Origin: an uncultured Verrucomicrobiae bacterium
GTDB taxonomy: Bacteria; Verrucomicrobiota; Verrucomicrobiia; Limisphaerales; JAFGQR01
NCBI GenBank assembly: GCA_963788655.1
Contig: CAWBHS010000025.1
Coordinates: forward strand, 1 to 52,833
Direction of reading: 5' to 3'
Length of the DNA stretch: 52,833 nucleotides
Positions 36,034-45,568 of the stretch are shown here, one piece after another. How positions within the stretch are numbered: the stretch's first letter is position 1; each line of letters opens with the position of its first letter. Under the pieces are notes generated by a model that saw only the letters and a program-made list of their open reading frames with translations, was not told the DNA's origin and ran no database searches. Position numbers and translations under genes: made by a program.

Positions 36034-36160
36034 GGAGAAAACTACGCCTCCTCGAACCGCTTGGCCACAAGGCCTGGTCGTTTCTCTACGAGGCTCTTTT
36101 TTAATGCAAGTTTTCCCGTATCAGCGCATTATGGACCGGCTTTTAGGCATAGGTAATGCA

Positions 36161-37360
36161 ATGATAACCGAAAGAGAACTGCTTGCGTTGATGGCCGACT
36201 TGGAATCCGACCGGGTCGAGCGGACGATCTCCACGACGGACACATCCAAATTCCGCGAGGCGATTTGCGCGTTCTCCAACGATTTCCCCAATCACCGCCA
36301 ACCCGGCTACCTGCTCATCGGCGTGGAGGACACGAGCGGGAAGGCCTGCGGTCTTTCGGTCAGCGATGCGCTGCTGCGCAACCTGGCCGGCCTGCGTCAG
36401 GACGGGGAAATCCTGCCCCAACCCGCAATGAGCGTGGGCCGGATCGCCCTCTCTGATGGTTCCGGCGAGGTCGTGGTGATCGAAGTGCATCCGTCGGATC
36501 TGCCCCCGGTGCGCTGCAAGGGCCGCATTCACATTCGCGTGGGACCGCGCCGCGCGCTGGCCAATGAGAGCGAGGAGCGGATGCTCTCGGAACGGCGCAT
36601 CGCCAGCGCCCGCACCTTCGATGCACGGCCTTGTCCCGAAGCCAGCCTTGCGGACCTGGCGATTGACCTCTTCCTCAATGTGTACCGCGCCGCGGCCGTC
36701 GCCGAGGAAGTTGTCCGGGCCAACCAACGCTCGGTGGAAGAGCAGTTGGCCGCCCTGCGCTTCTACGACCTCAAACGGGACTGCCCCACTCACGCCGGCC
36801 TGCTGGCTTTCGGCAAGAATCCGCGCCATTTCATGCCCGGCGCCTATGTGCAGGACCTCAAGCTGGGGGGCGATCACCTCGCCTCCCAAGTGCTGGTTTC
36901 CCGTGAGTTTGGCGGTAACCTCCTGGGCCTCGTCCAGAGCCTGGATGCGTTGCTCGACGGCATCCTGGAAGCGCGCCCGCTGCGCGTCACGACGCTGCGC
37001 GACGAGACGGTCTGGGATTTCCCCCGCCCGGCGGTGCGCGAGTTCCTCCTTAACGCCATCTGCCATCGCAGCTATGAGTCCAATGCTCCCGTGCGGTTCC
37101 ACCGCTTTCCCGGCCGCCTCGAGATCAATAACCCGGGTGGCCTCTACGGTGATGTTTCGCCGGCCAACTTCCCCCGCCAAACCGATTACCGCAATCCAAT
37201 CGTGGCGGAGGCCCTGAAGGTGCTCGGCTATGTCAACCGCTTTGGCCGGGGCGTTTTGGATGCCCAAGCGGCGCTGCAACAGAATGGCAACCACCCCGCT
37301 ACCTTCACCTTTGACCCTAGCTTTGTCACCGTCTCGGTCCCCAGGTCCGCGCAGTTCTGA
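36161..37360 (+). CDS. AlbA_2 (Schlafen-like) domain + HATPase_c_4 protein
   Basis: ESDRVER, AICAFSN, GYLLIGVED, REFLLNAICHRSY, EINNPGG, YRNPIVAE, GYVNRFGRG. Confidence 0.88.
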   Translation: MITERELLALMADLESDRVERTISTTDTSKFREAICAFSNDFPNHRQPGYLLIGVEDTSGKACGLSVSDALLRNLAGLRQDGEILPQPAMSVGRIALSDGSGEVVVIEVHPSDLPPVRCKGRIHIRVGPRRALANESEERMLSERRIASARTFDARPCPEASLADLAIDLFLNVYRAAAVAEEVVRANQRSVEEQLAALRFYDLKRDCPTHAGLLAFGKNPRHFMPGAYVQDLKLGGDHLASQVLVSREFGGNLLGLVQSLDALLDGILEARPLRVTTLRDETVWDFPRPAVREFLLNAICHRSYESNAPVRFHRFPGRLEINNPGGLYGDVSPANFPRQTDYRNPIVAEALKVLGYVNRFGRGVLDAQAALQQNGNHPATFTFDPSFVTVSVPRSAQF

Positions 37361-37473
37361 ACGTTTTCGTTGCAAGCCGAGGCCGTCAGAGAATTCACCA
37401 GATTCGCTCGTCGAGCCTGATTCCCGCAAAAGGATGGTAGGCAACCCGCGCAGAATCCGGTAAACCGTAGCGC

Positions 37474-38397
37474 ATGAAACTCAAGTTGACGATGCGACTC
37501 ACGCAAACCCTAACTGACCTGACCCATTCCACTGGCTGGCTGATGACTGCTGCCTTGGCGGTTTCAATCGCCACCTCAGGCTCGGCGCAGGAGCCTGCGG
37601 TCAAGCGCGGCGACTCGATTGCCTTCCTGGGCGACTCAATCACGGCGGCCGGTTGGAACTCACCGGTTGGCTACGTCCGTTTGGTCATGAGCGCCCTGGA
37701 GACCTGTGGCATCCAGGCGACGGCGATCCCGGCCGGAATCAGTGGCCATAAATCCAACAACATGCGGGAACGGTTGCGGCGGGATGTGCTCGACAAGAAA
37801 CCCACCTGGATGACCTTGAGTTGCGGCGTCAACGATGTCTGGCACGGGGCCAACGGCGTGCCGCTCCCGCAATACCGGACCAACATCACCGCGATCATCG
37901 ACCAGGCCCAGGCGGCCGGCATCAAGGTCATGGTGTTGACCTCGACCCTGATTGGCGAGGATCCGAACAATGCCAACAATCAGAAGCTCGCAGCCTACAA
38001 CGATTTTTTGCGCGCGCTGGCCAAAGAGAAAGGATGCCTGCTGGCCGACCCGAATGCGGACATGCAGGCCGGCTTGGCTGCGATAGATGAGGCGACGCGA
38101 AAACAGGGGAATCAGTTTACCACCGACGGTGTGCATATGAATCCGCAGGGAAACATGCTGATGGCGACGAGCGTGCTTCGCGCCTTCGGCCTGAACAGCG
38201 CCCAGATCCTTAAAGCCAGGGAGGCATGGATATCCATTCCAAACGGCGTCAATCTCTCCGGACGGCAAGGCATCAACCTGAAGCAGTATGAGCAACTGAA
38301 GGTTTTGGCCGCCCAGCGCAAGTGTTCCGTGGATGCACTGGTCAACACGGCGTTCTCGGAGACGGTCAGCAATCTGTTGAAGGCTGCATCCCAGTAG
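37474..38397 (+). CDS. SGNH/GDSL hydrolase (secreted)
   Basis: FLGDSIT, AGISG, CGVND, DGVH. Confidence 0.92.
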   Translation: MKLKLTMRLTQTLTDLTHSTGWLMTAALAVSIATSGSAQEPAVKRGDSIAFLGDSITAAGWNSPVGYVRLVMSALETCGIQATAIPAGISGHKSNNMRERLRRDVLDKKPTWMTLSCGVNDVWHGANGVPLPQYRTNITAIIDQAQAAGIKVMVLTSTLIGEDPNNANNQKLAAYNDFLRALAKEKGCLLADPNADMQAGLAAIDEATRKQGNQFTTDGVHMNPQGNMLMATSVLRAFGLNSAQILKAREAWISIPNGVNLSGRQGINLKQYEQLKVLAAQRKCSVDALVNTAFSETVSNLLKAASQ

Positions 38398-38427
38398 CGC
38401 TGGAAACGACTTTGAGCCGAAGCGAGC

Positions 38428-40077
38428 CTATTCTTTCGCTCCCTGCCGGGTGGCGATGGGCACATACCCTGCCTCCAAGCCCGGCGGCGGGGTGACAATC
38501 AAGGCCGGATCAATATCCGCCAGTTTTCCAATCGCGGGTGGCGGCAGGTAGTCGCGGTCTTTCGTCCAGTTCCGGTGGAGTTTTTCCACCCGCGCCTGCA
38601 GGCTCTCCCGCTCCTTGATCCGTTAAATCGGCGTTGAGCAAGGCAGGCTGGTCGGCGAATCGATACCAGTAGTACGTCACCACGCTGCCGTCGCCCGGAT
38701 GCGCCTGGAAAGGTCCTGCCACGGGGCCAGGCTTCTTCCAGCAACTCTCGGCATCGTCGGGAGTGACGTAGGGCTCGGGGCGATCCTCGCGGGGCCGATT
38801 AAAGCGAACTGCGGCCAGACCCGTTTCAGCCGGAACGTCTTCGGGCTGCACCGACAACCCACTCCGCCTTCTGTTATCATCTTGTCACCAGGTGAAAGTA
38901 TTCGGGGAGCGTCACCAGCGGGCCATCCTTGGAATCGTTTTCGTCACCAGTTGGTCGTTCCATCGGTACCCGAAGGTAGTGTGGATCAGGCGCCATGGGC
39001 GTCGCAAAAGAATTCCAGGCCAGAGGCACCTTTTCTTCCTTGGGGGTCGAGGGCGTATAGATCCTCCAGGTGGCCCCGCCTCGTCCGGGAAAGGTGTGCA
39101 CGACTGGCCGCCTCGGGATCGATGACGCCGCTGGCCGGGGCCCCGCCTTCAAACCAGGCCTTCACGGCATCCCAGAGCGCCTTCTTGTTGTAGGAGGTAA
39201 CGCGGTGCACCACCACCGAATCGCCCTCCGGCCCGCGGGGGAACGAGGTCGGGGCGATGCGGGCGTAGGTCTCCCCGTTCTCGTCCGTGGACTGGACGCT
39301 GGGGACATACTGGGTTTCCATCTGCAACGCCCGATTGGGCTCGGAGGGACGGGTATCCAGAAACATTCCCGCCAGGCGTGGGTCGTCCACCGTCGCGCGG
39401 GACCAGAAATAGGGGGTGAAGAAGGCAACCGGGCCTTTGAAGTTTCGCGTGTTCAGAAACAAGGTCCAGCAGTTGTTCCCGGTCGGAACGTCTTTCCCGG
39501 CGGTGGTGGATTTGGCTGCGGTGAGCGGAAGCGGCAGGTAGCCGTAGCCGAACAGTTCGCCGCAGGTGCCTTGTTTCAGATTCAGGCCATCGGGAGGCCA
39601 CAGCACCCAGGGACTGAGTTGGGCCACCCCGTACTTGCCTTTGGGTTTGTCCCAGTCCCTGCCTTTGCCGGCCCCGGGGCCGTTGGCCCATGCACTGAAA
39701 TTCAGGGCCACCCCGCCCATGATGAACTTCGGCGTTTCGGTGGCAAACCGCGTGTCACGCCACCAGCCCAGGCCGCCCTCGATATCGGAATAGAGCTTGT
39801 CCGGTCTGGGACCGTCATACTGGGCGAACATCCAGGTGCCGAACAGACCGGTTTGAAAACGATGTCCCGGATATTCCTTCAACAACGGCCAGGCGGCCAC
39901 ATACATGGAGAACCCGGCGTTATACGTCTCGGGAACTTTCTCGTTGGGGACGAGCAGGTAGCCGGCCATCTCTCCTTTCTGAATTTGTTCGCCGGCTTGA
40001 ACCGGCACAACGTCCACCGCGCCAGCAAGCGCGATCGCCAACGGCAGGGCACTGAGAGTCAGCAATGTTCGGTGCAT
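38428..40077 (-). CDS. Uncharacterised secreted protein, broken by several frameshifts (about 39100, 38960, 38870, 38610)
   Basis: Signal peptide, then consecutive coding-like pieces ending ...PPPGLEAGYVPIATRQGAKE*. Confidence 0.65.
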
Positions 40078-40225
40078 GACCGAATGTCATCACGACGGAG
40101 AATCAAAGGCAAGCGCGATGGCGAATATCGCGGCGGTTCACTCGAACATGCGGACCAGATTCTTTGCGCTCCAATCCTGCAAGTCCGGACAATGTGAGTT
40201 CAGCAATTCTCATAGGGAACAGATT

Positions 40226-40299
40226 GGGACGCGGGTGAGGGCACCCGGCCTACGGGGAAAAAGCGCGTGATCCTGTAGGCCGGGTGCTCCCACCCGGTG
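40226..40299. repeat. GTAG-type REP pair
   Basis: CGGGTGAGGGCACCCGGCCTAC ... GTAGGCCGGGTGCTCCCACCCGG. Confidence 0.75.
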
Positions 40300-40345
40300 G
40301 ATTCGGGGAAAGTGTCGCTGAAGTGTTGCACCCTCAGCCCACGCC

Positions 40346-41743
40346 TCACGGCGTTCCTCTCCCAAACCATTCGGCCAGCGGGTAAATCTGCCGGTTCAGT
40401 TCGCGCATGGCCTCGATAAGGTCGGCGTAGGGCTCGAAGTTGTCGTCCACCAGGCCGTGGTGGGTGTCCTTTTCCCGGGCGGCGTATTTGAACCAGTGCC
40501 AGCCCACGCAACCCGGATGCTTGAGCAGTCCCAACGTGAAATTTTGATAGAAGAGTCCGCGATCACGATCGGATTGAACGCGAAATCCCGCACCGCCGGT
40601 GACGGTGTCTTTGGCCGCAACCGCCTTGGCATACCACTCGGAAATCTGGAAGGGCCGTCCGGAACTGCTCACCCAGCGGTCCAATCGTTCCGGTTCCACG
40701 GACCAGCGGTGGTAGTAATTCACTGACATCACATCCACGCCCTGGCTGCCTCGAAACACCGATTCGCGAATGGTCCGACCATGAATGCGGCTGCCCAGGT
40801 AAAGATGATTGGGATCGTGTTTCTTGATCGCCCGACTGACGAGGCCGTAGTAGCGGCGGGCAAGGAATTCGAGGAAGGCATCCTGATCCGCACCAGTGAT
40901 GGGGCGCTCGGGATGGCCCACCGCACGGTCTGCCCACCAGGCGGCGGCCGCTTGATGGCCGGGATCCGTTGCCGGCAGGGCCAGATAATTGTTCAGGGCG
41001 TCGGGCCGGAACGGCAGTTCGTTGTCCGAGAAATGGCCCAACAGCCAGGGATCGTCCCGCGTCGCTGCCAACTGCCCGGCATGCCGATCGCAGAACGACT
41101 CGAACTCCGGATCGAACACCGGCATGCACTGGTTGGGAAATCCTTTACTGCCGTCCCGGGCGGAGCGCTGGTTTTTGTAAGTCAGCATGAAGTTCCAGCG
41201 TGGCGTGTAGGGCATTCGCGATTCCGATTTTCGAAATGCTGGCCACTCCGACCAGCAACCCAGCGTGTTGAATCCCGCCGATCGCAGGAGCTGGCCGGTG
41301 GCGCGAACCCAGTTCTCCACGCCACCAAACTTGGCTCGAAGTTGCGCATCGCTGAACTGGCTTTGGTTCACCGAACACAATCCCACGGAGAGGAACGGAT
41401 GGCCGTGCGGATCCAGCAGCCACCAACGCCCTGACCGCTTTCCCGTGCGGAAGAAGCCGGTCGCTGTCTCTCGCCACGGGCTGTTCTCCCAGCCGCCGTA
41501 TTCGCAAAGGACCACGTTCGTCGCCGAAGTGAATTCTTCCAATTCGCGCAGCGTGAGGGATTGCTCGGTGGTCCATTTTCCTTTGGCCAGAACCGTGGCC
41601 GAAGCCGCGCGACCGATTACAGCCGACAGACCGAGGATCCCGGCGGCCAGGACCATCCGTTTTACTAACGGCAGCGTTATGGACAGGAAAGAACGCTCCG
41701 CCGCCCCGCAGTTCAAAGAGAATGGTTTTTCCATCATGGTCAT
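40346..41743 (-). CDS. Agarase-like (GH50-related, clan GH-A) glycoside hydrolase
   Basis: GFFRT..RWWLLDPHG, GFNTLGCWS, LLGHFSDNEL, DPNHLYLGSR, ISEWY, CVGWHWFKY. Start uncertain (41743 or 41656). Confidence 0.8.
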   Translation of the reverse strand: MTMMEKPFSLNCGAAERSFLSITLPLVKRMVLAAGILGLSAVIGRAASATVLAKGKWTTEQSLTLRELEEFTSATNVVLCEYGGWENSPWRETATGFFRTGKRSGRWWLLDPHGHPFLSVGLCSVNQSQFSDAQLRAKFGGVENWVRATGQLLRSAGFNTLGCWSEWPAFRKSESRMPYTPRWNFMLTYKNQRSARDGSKGFPNQCMPVFDPEFESFCDRHAGQLAATRDDPWLLGHFSDNELPFRPDALNNYLALPATDPGHQAAAAWWADRAVGHPERPITGADQDAFLEFLARRYYGLVSRAIKKHDPNHLYLGSRIHGRTIRESVFRGSQGVDVMSVNYYHRWSVEPERLDRWVSSSGRPFQISEWYAKAVAAKDTVTGGAGFRVQSDRDRGLFYQNFTLGLLKHPGCVGWHWFKYAAREKDTHHGLVDDNFEPYADLIEAMRELNRQIYPLAEWFGRGTP

Positions 41744-41865
41744 GGGTGGGCATCTTCCGCCTGGCGCCGGCGGATTCAAAGTGATTTCTCGCCAGTGTTC
41801 CGGCGCTTGAGGGCAGGGGGAGCGGTTGCTGCCGTTCCGTTGCCGACCTGCCGTAATCCCTGACC

Positions 41866-42729
41866 TCAAGGTCCATGACGCACCGCGCGCCAAGTCTCCA
41901 GGAAGACTGCCGTTAGGATGATGCCACCACCGAGCATGGTGCGCGGCGTGGGAATTTCGCTGAGGAGCACGGCCGCCGAAATCGCACCGTAAATGGGAAG
42001 CAGCGTGGCAATGACACTCACTGTTCGCGTGGTCAAGTGACGGAGGGCATTGGTGAACAGGGTTTGGGGAAGCGCTGTGAACGCAATGCCCAATACCAGG
42101 ATTTGCAGCCATGAGACGCCGGAAACGGGTTGGCTCGCGGTCAGCAGAAACGGCAGCAGAATGACGCCACAGGTGAAAAACTGGTACACCATGATCCGGC
42201 TGCTGGGATGCGTACGAAGCAGATAACGGCTCAGCAGGTTGCGTGCGGTGAAGAAGACGGCCGAAAGCGTTCCCCAGAGAACGCCCCGAGTGATGTGACT
42301 GTCCAAGGAAAACTCCGGCACGAGGATGACAATGCCAGTGAACACCACCAAGGCGAGGCCGAGATCCAAAGCGCGAACGGGTTCTTTGAACAACAGAGGT
42401 TCCACCAAGGCGGTCAGGACTGGGTAGGTGTGAAGGGCAAGAATCCCTATGGCTACCGTGGAAACTTGAATCGCGTGGAAGTAGGTGACCCAGTGGGCCG
42501 CCAGTACGAGCCCCACCGCGATCAACATCCACCAATCACGCCAGGAGCCCACAGCCAACGTCTGGCGTTGCCGTCGGACTACCGCCAAGAGCACCATTCC
42601 CGCAATCAGGGCCCGCAGGCCTGAGATTTGGAAGGCCGGCAAACTAATCCACTTGGCAAACAAGCAGGTGCCGCCCCAAAGCAGCACGGCGCTGTTCAAT
42701 TGGATCAGGCTCGTTTGTCGCTCATTCAT
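41866..42729 (-). CDS. DMT/EamA family transporter
   Basis: About 10 TM helices, two EamA repeats, HWVTYF. Confidence 0.9.
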   Translation of the reverse strand: MNERQTSLIQLNSAVLLWGGTCLFAKWISLPAFQISGLRALIAGMVLLAVVRRQRQTLAVGSWRDWWMLIAVGLVLAAHWVTYFHAIQVSTVAIGILALHTYPVLTALVEPLLFKEPVRALDLGLALVVFTGIVILVPEFSLDSHITRGVLWGTLSAVFFTARNLLSRYLLRTHPSSRIMVYQFFTCGVILLPFLLTASQPVSGVSWLQILVLGIAFTALPQTLFTNALRHLTTRTVSVIATLLPIYGAISAAVLLSEIPTPRTMLGGGIILTAVFLETWRAVRHGP

Positions 42730-43031
42730 GGAAAGTGATCCGTGCCGCTCACCCGCGGTCGGGAAAGCTGTGCATCTAAAGAGATCACCGCCAAGGTTTC
42801 AAAAATCCAATTCAATATCGAGAGAATAAAGGCAGGGCAGCCGGAATTGGCTGACCTGCTGCGCTTAATTCAGTTATCGAACGAGCAAAGAACCGGGATG
42901 GGCTACCGAACAACGCTAAAACCGGTTGAGCCGAAGCGCATCATTGCGTTTGTGCGCAATCGGAACCATGACGTCCGCGGCCACGGGCATTGCTTTGATG
43001 CGCCCTCCCTGCCATTCTTCCCGCGGCATTT

Positions 43032-44726
43032 ATGAGATCATTTCAACCCGAAATCCAAAATCGCTTGGCCAAGGCCAGCGAAGGTCGCGAAGAGGGCATG
43101 ATTTGTTCCGTTCGCTCTTCATTTCTTTCCTTGCGATCACTGGCCGGCACAATTCTTGAATACGCTGTTACCTTGATTGCCTTCGGCAATTTCCACCTCG
43201 GCGTTCCAGTTCGATTGCCAGTTTCGGTTTTGCTGGCGTTGGGAATGCTCCCCCTCTTCGCCGAGGCGGATACCACGAATTGGAACCAGTTCCGGGGGCC
43301 GAATGGGTCCGGCGTAGCCAACACCTTCAAACCGCCCGTAAAGATTGGGGTCGATCAAGCCGCCTGGAAAACACCACTGCCGCCGGGGAAGTCGTCTCCA
43401 GTTGTTTGGGGTGACCAAGTTTTTCTGACCGGAGTCGAAAACAACCGGCTGGTGACCCTGGCGCTGGATGCCAAATCAGGAACGGTCTTATGGAAAAAGT
43501 CGGCCCCGGAAGTCCACTTGGAATCCGTCCACAAAGCCAACAGCGCCGCCGCCGCCACGCCTTGTGTGGATGCGAATCAGGTTTACGTTTATTTCCCTTC
43601 GTACGGATTGCTGGGCTACGACCACGAAGGCCGTGAACAATGGCAGAAACCGATTCCCAGGCCGCAGAGCATGTACGGCGTGGCCACGTCGCCGATCCTG
43701 CACGAACAACGGCTCATCCTGGTCCTGGACGACGACGCCAACCTGCCCGGCAGCAAACTCAGCCGGTCCAAAGTCATCGCCCTGGACAAGGCCACGGGAG
43801 AAGTGGTTTGGGAAACGCCCCGGCCCTACAATCGCGGCGCCTGGTCCACGCCGATGATCTGGAAGCACGAAAGCGGAATCGACCTGGTGGTGCTCGGCAA
43901 TGGGCGGGTTTATGGCTACGATCCGACGACCGGCGCCGAGGAATGGTACGTCACTGGTTTTGCCCGCGAGCCCATCGCCGTGCCGGTCGCGGGCGAGGAA
44001 CAGCTTTATGTCTCCGTGTCGATGCAGGGCGGACGCGGCGACGTGAACTTGGACCCGGAACCTTTCTGGAAGGCGATGCTCCACTTCGACCGTAATGGTG
44101 ATGGGCGAATTGGACGGGACGAGATCACCCAGTATTTCACCCTGCCCTTCCGACCCGAACTGCCGCCCGAACATCCGGGTTTCGGATTGCCTTTGCCCAG
44201 TGATCCAGCCCGGCGCCGGGAAAGTCAGGACAAAATTTTTGGTTGGCGCGACAAGAACAAGGACGGTTTCTGGACCAAGGAAGAGTTTACCACCGACATG
44301 ACCGTTGGCTACGGCCGACCCAACCTGATGGCAATTCGCCCGGGCGGCAAAGGTGACATTACCGAATCGCACGTGGGCTGGGACCTGCGCAGTGGCATCC
44401 CGGAGATTCCTTCGCCCATCTTCCACTCGGGCCGGCTCTATCTGGTCCGTGATGGCGGGATTCTCAGTTGCGTGAACGCGGACACCGGCGAAGTCATTTA
44501 TCGCGAACGTTTGGGAGCCGCCGGCCAATACATTGCCTCACCGGTGATTGCCAACGGCCACTTGTATCTCATTTCCTCGAAGGGAGTGGTCACCGTTGTG
44601 AAATGTGGGGACAAATTCGCGATCGCGCATCAAGCCAATCTTCAGACCTCCGTGGCGGCCACCCCAGCGATGGATAATGACACCCTTTATGTGCGAACAG
44701 AAGAAGCCCTGCTGGGGTTTCGTTGA
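43032..44726 (+). CDS. PQQ-like beta-propeller protein with EF-hand insert (true start probably about 43200)
   Basis: NWNQFRGPNGSG, SSPVVWG; DRNGDGRIGRDE and DKNKDGFWTKEE. Confidence 0.85.
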   Translation: MRSFQPEIQNRLAKASEGREEGMICSVRSSFLSLRSLAGTILEYAVTLIAFGNFHLGVPVRLPVSVLLALGMLPLFAEADTTNWNQFRGPNGSGVANTFKPPVKIGVDQAAWKTPLPPGKSSPVVWGDQVFLTGVENNRLVTLALDAKSGTVLWKKSAPEVHLESVHKANSAAAATPCVDANQVYVYFPSYGLLGYDHEGREQWQKPIPRPQSMYGVATSPILHEQRLILVLDDDANLPGSKLSRSKVIALDKATGEVVWETPRPYNRGAWSTPMIWKHESGIDLVVLGNGRVYGYDPTTGAEEWYVTGFAREPIAVPVAGEEQLYVSVSMQGGRGDVNLDPEPFWKAMLHFDRNGDGRIGRDEITQYFTLPFRPELPPEHPGFGLPLPSDPARRRESQDKIFGWRDKNKDGFWTKEEFTTDMTVGYGRPNLMAIRPGGKGDITESHVGWDLRSGIPEIPSPIFHSGRLYLVRDGGILSCVNADTGEVIYRERLGAAGQYIASPVIANGHLYLISSKGVVTVVKCGDKFAIAHQANLQTSVAATPAMDNDTLYVRTEEALLGFR

Positions 44727-45232
44727 CCGCGTATCGGTTTGACCATTGATGAGCGGGATGGGGTGAAAGGTCTATTCGTCGTGCCCGCATCCAGCACCTT
44801 GGCGATGTTGGGATGGTCCATCATCGCCAGCGCCCGCCGCTCGGCCTCAAACCGCGCGATCACCTGCTTGGTATCCATCCCCAGCTTGATGACCTTCAGC
44901 GCCACGCGACGCCGGATGGGGATGGTCTGCTCGGCGACATACACCACGCCGCAACCGCCTTCGCCGATTTTTTCCAGCAGCTTGTAACGCCCGATGGTCT
45001 GGCCCACCGCTTCGTCGGGCGCATCGGCGAGGTCGAGCTTGATCGTGCGCTGGGTTGCTTCGGCTTGCCTCGCCAGCAGCGTTTCCGGCTGTTCGTCTGC
45101 AGCGAGCAGGGCTTCGAGGCGTGCGCGCAGGGCGGTATCGTTACGGCACTCGCGGTCGAGCCAAGCCGCGCGCGCGGCCGCAGGCTTCGTGAGCGCAAGT
45201 TGGAACAAGAGTTCTTCGCGGGAAGGAATCAT
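44687..45232 (-). pseudogene. Truncated Ser/Thr protein kinase (N-lobe only)
   Basis: [33 protein letters not shown], then similarity ends near 44778. No HRD or DFG. Confidence 0.85.
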
Positions 45233-45304
45233 GGGGTACGGATTCCAAAATGGCTGGCGGCGGCATTTGCAGTGGAAATTGACGTGTCGTTCAGCCGGCA
45301 AAGC

Positions 45305-45568
45305 CACGCGACGAAGGGATAACTACGGCCATTCAACACCCGACCGATAAAAGTGGAGCGAACCAAGAAATGGTAACTGGCAAACAGGACCGCGAAGGCC
45401 ACAAAGAACCAATCGGAGAACCGGTGGGCGGACGCATCCATGAGAGGCGCGCCAAACGAGGCGGGAACAGACGCTGCAGGCCGCATGAAAGACGACGACG
45501 ACAAAGAGCGCGAAGGCGCGTGTGGCGTCAAGGGCGTGGAAACGTTCGGATTGAGGTGAGGCGTTCAT
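45305..45568 (-). pseudogene. Collapsed acyltransferase-3 (MdoC-like) remnant
   Basis: N-terminus ERFHALDATRAFAL..VFHA joined to C-terminus SYHFLVRSTFIGRVLNGRSYP. Confidence 0.6.

Noticed and set aside
41744..42535. N-terminal extension making a 729-aa ORF
   Set aside because: It is an off-frame overlap of the EamA gene; the hydrolase signal region starts near 41743-41656.
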